A DNA stretch of 64,000 nucleotides from assembly GCA_964629685.1 (NCBI GenBank), contig CAZVTT010000001.1, positions 769,319 through 833,318 of the forward strand, written 5' to 3'. This document shows, one piece after another, positions 19,767 through 27,284 of this stretch. The first letter of the stretch is position 1. Every line of letters begins with the position of its first letter. Made by a program: the position numbers and the translations under genes. The notes below the pieces were generated by a model. That model saw nothing but the letters and a program-made list of their open reading frames with translations, was not told where the DNA came from and did not search any database. Source of the DNA: an uncultured Gammaproteobacteria bacterium (GTDB taxonomy: Bacteria > Patescibacteriota > Microgenomatia > UBA10105 > UBA927).

Positions 19767-21394
19767 ACTCACGAAAAATAGGGTTATTCATACTTTTACT
19801 CCTTTCTTTTTTACCCGTAATTTCACTATTACAGCCGGGCTTACCGGTAACGCACGATGCACAGGATCATGTGGTCAGAATTGCAAATTTTTTCCGGTCT
19901 TTTATGGAGGGAAATCTTATACCGCGTTGGGGAGGAGACTTAAATTGGGGATTTGGTCACCCGGTACTCATGTTTCTTTATCCACTCCCTTCGTATGTGG
20001 CGGTTTTTTTCCGGTTGGTAGGACTCAGTTTTGTTGATAGTACCAAAATGGTATTCGGGCTTGCATACGTTGCGAGTATTCTGACGTTCTATGTATGGGC
20101 GAGGCGACAATGGGGGAATGCAGCAGGATTCGCAGGAGCGATTGCTTACGGATTTGCACCGTACAGATTCGTGGATTTGTATGTCCGTGGAGCAATTGGC
20201 GAACATGTGGCTTTTATTTTCCCGCCCTTAATTTTGTTTGGCTTGTGGCTATCCGCACATAAGAAACAGTCTCAGTTTATTCAACTGTTATGTATCTCAG
20301 GGGGAGTTGCAGGTTTAGTGCTATCACACAATGCAGTAAGTCTGATGGTGCTTCCTGTGGTACTTCTCTATTCGTTATATTTGGCGAAGTATCATTCGGA
20401 CAGACCAAAGAGTTTTCTGTTGTGGATATTTGCCGCGCTGTCTGCGGGTATGGCCCTCTCCGCATTTTTCTGGATTCCTGCTTTGCTCGAAGGAAAGTAT
20501 ACCTTGCGGTATATCGTAACCGCAGGAGAAGTTCTCCAGCGATTCGTTCCGTTATCTCAGTTATTCTATTCTCCGTGGAATTATGGTGGCGGAAATGATT
20601 TTTCGAAACAAGTGGGAGTACTGCAATGGTTAAGTATTGTAGGATTGGTAGGAATCGTATGGCGTAACGGCATACGTCGTGAACAAAGCCGGTTGTCGTT
20701 CGGTATTGTTATCGTGTGCCTTTTTTCTATATGGATGACGACAGGCTGGTCCGGTTTCCTCTGGAAACATGTTCCGTTGTTGCAAACGTTTCAGTTCTCC
20801 TGGCGTTTTCTTACTCTGACCGTGTTTGCTACCGCAGCAGCGGTGGCGCAGTGCATATCATTTTTATCGGCACGCGTTAGACGATGGATTGTCCTTCTCT
20901 TTACGTGCATCACACTTATTCTTACGGTAGGCATGTGGCACCCAAAAACGTACAAGGTATATGATCCGCATTTTTTTACGAATATATATCAGGGGACTAC
21001 GGATACCGGTGAAAGTAGTCCTATCTGGTCCGTTCGTTTTATGGAACGAATACCTCCTGCTCCGCTGGAATTAATAGCCGGTGAAGCATCGTTCGTCGCT
21101 TTAGAAAGGTCTTCCACATTTCATGAATACAGAGTAATTGCACGTACAAAGTCACGTTTGGTAGAAAATACGTTATACTTTCCGGGTTGGGTTTTACTGG
21201 TAGACGGGGTAAAAGTCGAACCACAATTCCAGGACCCTGACTACCGCGGACTTATGACATTTTGGTTAGAGACGGGTGAGCATACCGTCCAATTTATGTT
21301 TACGGATACGAAAGTGCGTAAGATAGCAAACACCATAAGTATGATATCCGCGGTAGCAATTCTGGTTTTGTTCGGAAAGCGGTTAGTTTTATGA
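19763..21394 (+). CDS. YfhO/PTPS-related-type polytopic membrane protein, paralog C
   Basis: VTHDAQDHVVRIANFF...IPRWGGDLNWGFGHPVLMFLYPLPSY and C-terminal LYFPGWVLLVDGVKVEPQFQDPDYRGLMTF...GEHTVQFMFTDT. Overlaps the upstream GT39 by 4 nt. Confidence 0.6.
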   Translation: MNSRKIGLFILLLLSFLPVISLLQPGLPVTHDAQDHVVRIANFFRSFMEGNLIPRWGGDLNWGFGHPVLMFLYPLPSYVAVFFRLVGLSFVDSTKMVFGLAYVASILTFYVWARRQWGNAAGFAGAIAYGFAPYRFVDLYVRGAIGEHVAFIFPPLILFGLWLSAHKKQSQFIQLLCISGGVAGLVLSHNAVSLMVLPVVLLYSLYLAKYHSDRPKSFLLWIFAALSAGMALSAFFWIPALLEGKYTLRYIVTAGEVLQRFVPLSQLFYSPWNYGGGNDFSKQVGVLQWLSIVGLVGIVWRNGIRREQSRLSFGIVIVCLFSIWMTTGWSGFLWKHVPLLQTFQFSWRFLTLTVFATAAAVAQCISFLSARVRRWIVLLFTCITLILTVGMWHPKTYKVYDPHFFTNIYQGTTDTGESSPIWSVRFMERIPPAPLELIAGEASFVALERSSTFHEYRVIARTKSRLVENTLYFPGWVLLVDGVKVEPQFQDPDYRGLMTFWLETGEHTVQFMFTDTKVRKIANTISMISAVAILVLFGKRLVL

Positions 21395-22158
21395 AAAGAC
21401 TTACGGTTGCGTTGGCAATATATAACGAAGCTGCACAAATACAGGCGTGCTTGGAAGCCGTTAAGGGATGGGCGGATGAAATTGTTATCGTTGATGGCGG
21501 ATCGTCAGACGAAACAATAGAGCTCCTTAAGCCGTTCGGCGTGCGTCTGATAGTTACCGATAATCCGGCAATATTTCATATAAACAAGCAGAAAGCATTG
21601 GATGCATCAACGGGGCAGTGGATACTTCAGTTGGATGCAGATGAAATAGTAACGCCCCAGCTAAAGCGTGAAATAGATGGAATTCTGGATAATCCAAATA
21701 CGAAGCATGCCGGATATTATGTACCGCGGAGAAACTATTTTAGCGGGCATTGGCTACGGAAGGGCGGGCTGTATCCTGATTACGTTATCCGGTTGCTACG
21801 CCGTGGAAAGGGACATTTTCCCTGTAAATCGGTGCATGAACAGATAGATATCGAGGGTACGGTCGGATATCTTACCGAACCATTGCTTCATCACACATAT
21901 CATTCCGTTGCGGAATACTGGCGTAAAGCCGATACGTATACATCATTAACTGCAAAAGAGTATGGGGTAAAAAAACTGCCAAAATCCGCGGGAACGATAC
22001 TTAAATATGGGATAATTCATCCTTGTACTACTTTTATTGCACGATATATCAGACACAAAGGAATTTTAGACGGATACTATGGTTTTTTATTTTCATTGTT
22101 TTCATCACTACATGAGCCGATTGCATTATATAAATATTTTTCAGGTCATACCGTATGA
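21391..22158 (+). CDS. Glycosyltransferase family 2
   Basis: LTVALAIYNEAAQI...EIVIVDGGSSDETIE...ILQLDADEIV (DAD motif). Confidence 0.75.
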   Translation: MKRLTVALAIYNEAAQIQACLEAVKGWADEIVIVDGGSSDETIELLKPFGVRLIVTDNPAIFHINKQKALDASTGQWILQLDADEIVTPQLKREIDGILDNPNTKHAGYYVPRRNYFSGHWLRKGGLYPDYVIRLLRRGKGHFPCKSVHEQIDIEGTVGYLTEPLLHHTYHSVAEYWRKADTYTSLTAKEYGVKKLPKSAGTILKYGIIHPCTTFIARYIRHKGILDGYYGFLFSLFSSLHEPIALYKYFSGHTV

Positions 22159-23222
22159 ACATAGCTATTGATATTACACCGCTCGAAAATGATCACAAAG
22201 ACAGAGGTGTAGGATCCTATACACGCCTGATAAAGGAAGCTCTGCAATCTGCGGACACGAACCACAAATTTCTTTGGTTCAGAAGAGGGCAATCAGTTCC
22301 GTCAGCGGCAGATATTGTGCATTATCCGTATTTTGATCCGTTTTTTTTAACTTTACCCTGGCGAAAACGCATACCCACAGTGGTAACCGTACACGATCTT
22401 ATCCCGATTGCGTATGCAGAACATTTTCCTCCGGGATTTAGAGGAAAATGTAAATGGCAGTTGCAGAAAATGGCCTTAAACGGTGTGGATATGGTTATTA
22501 CCGATTCGGAGGCTTCGCGAAAAGATATTTCCAGATATACGGCAATACCGCGCGAGCAGATTTCCGTAGTCTATTTGGCGCCATCGGCTGTTTTCAGACC
22601 CATAAAAAATGAAGCGGTATTGCGGGATATACAAAAGCGGTTACATTTGCCCGAACGGTTTATCTTATATGTAGGAGATATAAATTGGAATAAGAATATA
22701 CCTGGGGTATTACAATCATTCGCAGAATATAAAAATATGGAACAAGATGATACGCATAAGCCAAAAATTCCGGTACGCTTGGTTTTGGCGGGTAAAGCAT
22801 TCAATAATGAGCAGTTAGCCGAAGTGCAACATATTCATAAATGTATCCGAAAATTCGGAATTGAAGAAGATGTACTTTTTACCGGAAAAGTAAGCGAAAT
22901 GGATCTGGTAGGTTTGTATTCTTTAGCAACCTGCTATATCCAATTGTCTTTTGCTGAAGGATTTGGCTTGCCGGTATTAGAAGCTTTTGCCTGCGGGTGC
23001 CCGGTGGTGGTTTCCCGTACTTCAAGTTTACCGGAAATAGCCGGGCCGGCGTTGCAGGTTGATCCGTACTCGCCCCATGATGCAGCTTTAGCTCTTCGTC
23101 GGATTATACGTGATGAGGGAGTACGTGTTGGTAAGAGCGGTAGAGAATGGGCAGCAACATTTACCTGGGAGAGGGTAGCTAAAGAAACGCTTCACGTATA
23201 CGAGCAAGTAGGGCATAATTAG
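22155..23222 (+). CDS. Glycosyltransferase family 4 (GT-B fold)
   Basis: C-terminal EGFGLPVLEAFACGCPVVVSRTSSLPEI, the GT4 E-x7-E region. N-terminal MNIAIDITPLENDHKDRGVGSY is like 60418 and 60975. Confidence 0.75.
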   Translation: MNIAIDITPLENDHKDRGVGSYTRLIKEALQSADTNHKFLWFRRGQSVPSAADIVHYPYFDPFFLTLPWRKRIPTVVTVHDLIPIAYAEHFPPGFRGKCKWQLQKMALNGVDMVITDSEASRKDISRYTAIPREQISVVYLAPSAVFRPIKNEAVLRDIQKRLHLPERFILYVGDINWNKNIPGVLQSFAEYKNMEQDDTHKPKIPVRLVLAGKAFNNEQLAEVQHIHKCIRKFGIEEDVLFTGKVSEMDLVGLYSLATCYIQLSFAEGFGLPVLEAFACGCPVVVSRTSSLPEIAGPALQVDPYSPHDAALALRRIIRDEGVRVGKSGREWAATFTWERVAKETLHVYEQVGHN

Positions 23223-23226
23223 GCAT

Positions 23227-23913
23227 ATGAAAACAGTTAGCATTATTGTTCCGGTGTATAACGAAGAAAAGACCATAGACGAGGTTTTATCGGCAGTTAT
23301 ATCCCAGGAGATACCCGGTTGGAAAAAAGAAATAATCGTCGTCGATGACGGGTCGAAAGATGCTACCAGAGAGAAGTTAAAAGCCTGGCAAAAGAAATGT
23401 GCCATTATTCTGAAGCCTAAAAACGAAGGAAAAGGTTCAGCCGTCGTTGAAGGTTTTTCCAAAGCGACAAGTGAAATAGTAATTATTCAGGATGCAGATC
23501 AGGAGTATAGCCCGACGGATTATCCGGTACTATTAAAACCGTTTGAAAATCAGAAAGTAAGTGTTGTATACGGTTCGCGGTTTCTCGGCCCGCATCTTTC
23601 AACTATGTTTGTATACGCGCAGGGAAATAAATTTGTAACATTAATGACGAATATTCTTTTCAATACGAACTTAACAGATATGGAAACAGGATTTAAAGTT
23701 TTCAGAAGAGGTGTACTCGACGGTGTGATTATCAGGGCAAAACGATTTGACTTTGAACCTGAGTTTACGGTTAAGGTATTGAAGCGTGGATATCAGATTT
23801 ATGAAGTTCCGATATCGTATTACGGACGAACTTTTATGGAAGGGAAAAAATTAACATGGAAAGATGGAGTAGCCGCCCTTTGGACATTGGTTAAATACCG
23901 TTTCACTGATTGA
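23227..23913 (+). CDS. GT2 polyprenyl-phosphate sugar synthase (Dpm1/GtrB/ArnC-like)
   Basis: Short (228 aa) soluble GT2: VSIIVPVYNEEKTIDEVL...IIVVDDGSKDAT...IIQDADQEYSP. Confidence 0.7.
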   Translation: MKTVSIIVPVYNEEKTIDEVLSAVISQEIPGWKKEIIVVDDGSKDATREKLKAWQKKCAIILKPKNEGKGSAVVEGFSKATSEIVIIQDADQEYSPTDYPVLLKPFENQKVSVVYGSRFLGPHLSTMFVYAQGNKFVTLMTNILFNTNLTDMETGFKVFRRGVLDGVIIRAKRFDFEPEFTVKVLKRGYQIYEVPISYYGRTFMEGKKLTWKDGVAALWTLVKYRFTD

Positions 23914-25166
23914 TGAAGAAAATTCAATTATTTTTTTTCTCATTGTTCACCAACCCCATTGCCCGTAATAGTTTCATTATGATGGCAGGGAATATGATCG
24001 CAAATATATCTGCGTATTTGTATCATGTTGTGGTGGGACGTATACTTGGTCCCGATAAATACGGCGAATTAAGCGCGTTACTCTCGTTATTTTATATTCT
24101 GAATGTACCTGCGGCCGTACTGCAGACGGTTTTTACGAAATATTTCGCCGTATACAAAGCCCGAAAAGAGTTTGGAAAAGCTAAACATTTACTCTTCACA
24201 TCCATCAGGATTACCGCAGTAATAGGTGCTGTCGGAGTAGGCGTAGCCGTTCTCGTCTCTCCGTCCGTAGCATCCTTCCTGCATATAGAGGAACAATATG
24301 CATTTATTCTGCTTTATATTAATTTAGTCACCTCCATTTTCGGAACACTTATAGGTGGGGCGCTGCAGGGATTGCAGTTATTTACGGGTTCTGTTATCGC
24401 GGTAAACGTAAATATGGCCATGAGGTTAGGATTAGGATATTGGTGGTCCAGCGCAGGTGTTATGTGGGCGCTGGCAGGAAGCGTCGTTGCAACGGTTGCC
24501 GGTTGCCTGATAGCTTTGTACCCGTTACGCTTTTTGTTAAAACAACAGCGTCAGAAGGTTACATTATCCGGGCGGGAAATTGCCGGTTATGCAGTACCGA
24601 CGTTTTTGGCTACATTAGGAATTACGACAATATTCAGTGTCGATGTAGTACTTGTGAAGCATTTCTTTCCGCCTTCAGTTGCCGGAATTTATTCTTCACT
24701 TTCCGTTCTGGGGAAAATAGTTTTTTTTGCTACATCTTCAATTGGCCAGGTACTATTTCCGGTAGTTGCAGAACGGAAGGAATTAAATCAATCCCATGAC
24801 AAGGTTGTATATGTGGCACTGTTATGTATTGCCGGAGTTTCCTTTGCCATTTGTGCTGTTTACGCCCTGTTTCCTTCATTAGTGGTTCATGTACTATTTG
24901 GAAAAGCCTTTGAAGGTGCGACGGAATACCTAGGGTGGTTTGGAGTATTTATATCGTTTTTTACTATCGCAAACACAATTACGACCATTTGTTTGGCGGC
25001 AGGAAAGTTGAAGGTTTGGATTTTCCCTTTAGCGGCATTAAGTCTGGAAGTTTTGGGAATTACCCTATTCCATGACACGATCTTATCCGTAATTTGGGTA
25101 AACACGGGGATTACCCTACTGCTTTGTTGTACTCTTTTGCTATACTACCGCTATGCCAAAGCGTAA
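23910..25166 (+). CDS. Polysaccharide biosynthesis protein / MOP-superfamily (Wzx-like) flippase
   Basis: 418 aa with about 12 TM and no soluble domain. The N-terminal ARNSFIMMAGNMIANISAYLYHVVVGRILGP resembles PF01943/PF13440 proteins. Confidence 0.6.
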   Translation: MMKKIQLFFFSLFTNPIARNSFIMMAGNMIANISAYLYHVVVGRILGPDKYGELSALLSLFYILNVPAAVLQTVFTKYFAVYKARKEFGKAKHLLFTSIRITAVIGAVGVGVAVLVSPSVASFLHIEEQYAFILLYINLVTSIFGTLIGGALQGLQLFTGSVIAVNVNMAMRLGLGYWWSSAGVMWALAGSVVATVAGCLIALYPLRFLLKQQRQKVTLSGREIAGYAVPTFLATLGITTIFSVDVVLVKHFFPPSVAGIYSSLSVLGKIVFFATSSIGQVLFPVVAERKELNQSHDKVVYVALLCIAGVSFAICAVYALFPSLVVHVLFGKAFEGATEYLGWFGVFISFFTIANTITTICLAAGKLKVWIFPLAALSLEVLGITLFHDTILSVIWVNTGITLLLCCTLLLYYRYAKA

Positions 25167-25962
25167 TCCACCGTTACTTTCGCTCATTATTCCTGTATAC
25201 AAACAAGAAAAAACAATAGCAAAAAACCTTCGTTCCATACTGGGAGAGCTAGAGCTACTTTCCGCTGCGTATAAATGCGAAGTGGTCGTTGTGGTCGATG
25301 GTATGTTGGATAAAAGTTATGAAGAAGCCAGAAGGGTTACTTCTCCGCGTCTTCGGGTGTACGGGTATCGTACGAATCGCGGGAAAGGATATGCCGTCAG
25401 GTATGGTATGGCCAAATCCCATGGCACGATTATCGGATTTTTGGATAGCGGAGGAGATATCAGCGAAACGAGTCTCTCCATGATGCTGGAACATTTCCGA
25501 TGGTATAACGCGGATATTATTATTGGAAGCAAACGGCATCCCGTTTCAAAAGTCCGGTATCCGTGGTATCGCACTATTATGTCTTTTTGGTATCAACAGC
25601 TGGTACGGGTATTATTCGGACTTAATATTCGGGATTCTCAGGTTGGTATGAAATTATATCGCCGTACGGTTCTTGAAGACGTATTACCCAGACTAGTCGT
25701 TAAACACTTTGCGTTTGATATAGAAATATTAGCGATTGCAAATTCACTTGGATATACCCGCATATACGAGGCTCCAATTGAACTTGATTTCACCGGAGTA
25801 TCCAGTATTACGTCCATGAATTTTTGGAGAGTGATTTCCCGGACATTAATGGATACATTGGCAGTTTTTTATCGACTACGGATACAACGGTACTACGAAC
25901 CTAAGAATCGAAGTCTATGGCAGTTTGATCCGGAGGTTAATTTTGATGCACCAAATACGTAA
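25153..25962 (+). CDS. Glycosyltransferase family 2 (Dpm1-like)
   Basis: LSLIIPVYKQEKTI...VVVVVDGMLDKSYEEA...GFLDSGGD. Confidence 0.7.
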   Translation: MPKRNPPLLSLIIPVYKQEKTIAKNLRSILGELELLSAAYKCEVVVVVDGMLDKSYEEARRVTSPRLRVYGYRTNRGKGYAVRYGMAKSHGTIIGFLDSGGDISETSLSMMLEHFRWYNADIIIGSKRHPVSKVRYPWYRTIMSFWYQQLVRVLFGLNIRDSQVGMKLYRRTVLEDVLPRLVVKHFAFDIEILAIANSLGYTRIYEAPIELDFTGVSSITSMNFWRVISRTLMDTLAVFYRLRIQRYYEPKNRSLWQFDPEVNFDAPNT

Positions 25963-25967
25963 CTGGT

Positions 25968-26975
25968 ATGAAACATCCGCACGTCTCAATTATTATTCCT
26001 CTCCGGCGAATCAATTCGTATCTGCATGAAAATATTACTGCCTGTTTAGATAGCTCTTACACTGATTTTGAAATAATAGTATTAATCGATGTAGATACAG
26101 ATCAGACGTTTCCGAAAACCAGAATATACGTGACGGATAAACTGGGGCCTGCCCAAAAAAGAGACTTAGGCGTACAAAAAGCCAAAGGAGAAATCCTGTG
26201 CTTTTTAGATGATGATGCCTATCCAAGCAGGCATTGGCTTAAACATGTAATTACCCATTTTCGGGATACAACGGTGGCAGGTGTGGGCGGTCCGGGTGTA
26301 ACGCCGCCTCAGGTAACCTGGCAGGAAGCTGCATCCGGTTGGGCCTCAGCATCTCCGGCAGGATCGGGTGGGTTTATTTATCGTTTTTTGCCCGTGGGAA
26401 CTGTTAAGAACGTAGACGATTATCCTTCAATGAATTTAGCCGTACGGAAAACGGATTTTACTGCGGTGGGTGGATTCGATAGTTCTTACTGGCCCGGTGA
26501 GGATACTAAGCTCTGTCACGATTTGACGCATAAATTAGGTAAAAGAATAGTCTATGATCCGCAGGCGTTGGTTTACCATCACCGCCGGCCACTTTGGCTT
26601 CCGCATCTTAAGCAACAAGGAAATTTCGGTTTACATCGCGGTTATTTTGCCAGAGTGCTACCTAAAACGTCGGCCAGGATTATCTATTTTATTCCGACAT
26701 TATTAGTCCTTACTACTGTCGGAATGATTTTTCTATGGTCCATATACTGGTTTTCAGGACCGATCTCCTCAGTCTTTGAATCGATTCGGCTTATATGTAC
26801 CGTTGCATTTTTTGGGTATATTGGTATAGTAGGATGTAATGCGCTATGGGTACTGAAACAGTCCCGCGCACCTACCCAGGGTCTAATTTCCATCCCGGCA
26901 ATAATTCTTACTCATTTCTGGTATGGGATACGGTTTATCCAAGGATTTCTTTTTACCAAGCGATTAACAATATGA
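25968..26975 (+). CDS. Glycosyltransferase family 2 with C-terminal TM helices
   Basis: VSIIIPLRRINSYL...FEIIVLIDVDTD...ILCFLDDDAYP, followed by about 4 C-terminal TM segments. Confidence 0.7.
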   Translation: MKHPHVSIIIPLRRINSYLHENITACLDSSYTDFEIIVLIDVDTDQTFPKTRIYVTDKLGPAQKRDLGVQKAKGEILCFLDDDAYPSRHWLKHVITHFRDTTVAGVGGPGVTPPQVTWQEAASGWASASPAGSGGFIYRFLPVGTVKNVDDYPSMNLAVRKTDFTAVGGFDSSYWPGEDTKLCHDLTHKLGKRIVYDPQALVYHHRRPLWLPHLKQQGNFGLHRGYFARVLPKTSARIIYFIPTLLVLTTVGMIFLWSIYWFSGPISSVFESIRLICTVAFFGYIGIVGCNALWVLKQSRAPTQGLISIPAIILTHFWYGIRFIQGFLFTKRLTI

Positions 26976-27241
26976 AGGACGATGTAGTTACGACAGAACA
27001 AAGTTCCAGCGGCAAACGGGCCGACGGAATGACCGTAACTGTAGATTTAAACAAGTGTATCGGTGCAGGACCGTGTGCTATTGAAGCCGGGAATGTATTT
27101 GTAATTCGCGACGAAGACGGTAAGGCAATAATCGGAGATCCTGACGGGGATTCGCCGGCAGCCATTCTGTCCGCTGCAAAAAGTTGTCCGGTAAAGGCTA
27201 TACTTATAAAGGATACAAAAGGGAAACAGCAATTTCCCTGA
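26972..27241 (+). CDS. Ferredoxin, single-cluster [3Fe-4S]-type (CxxAxxC...CP)
   Basis: ATG 26972 overlaps the TGA of the upstream GT2 (ATGA). MKDDVV...VDLNKCIGAGPCAIEAGNVF...SAAKSCPVKAI gives three Cys in the pattern C-x2-A-x2-C...CP. The track ORF 26846-27241 has a spurious 5' extension. Confidence 0.7.
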   Translation: MKDDVVTTEQSSSGKRADGMTVTVDLNKCIGAGPCAIEAGNVFVIRDEDGKAIIGDPDGDSPAAILSAAKSCPVKAILIKDTKGKQQFP

Positions 27242-27249
27242 GGCTAACG

Positions 27250-27278
27250 TTGACAATCATTGTAAGATAATAAACAAT
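27250..27278 (+). promoter_or_regulatory. Putative sigma70-like promoter TTGACA-N17-AACAAT in the 43-nt gap upstream of the radical SAM gene; near-leaderless
   Basis: A perfect TTGACA at 27250-27255 and a weak -10 AACAAT at 27273-27278. The ATG is at 27285. Confidence 0.25.
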
Positions 27279-27284
27279 CTAAAT

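Noticed and set aside
26846-27241. 131-aa ORF from the track beginning at 26846
   Set aside because: Its first ~42 codons lie inside the GT2 gene 25968-26975 in a different frame. The ferredoxin-like sequence begins at the internal ATG 26972, which forms an ATGA overlap with the GT2 stop, so only 26972-27241 is called.
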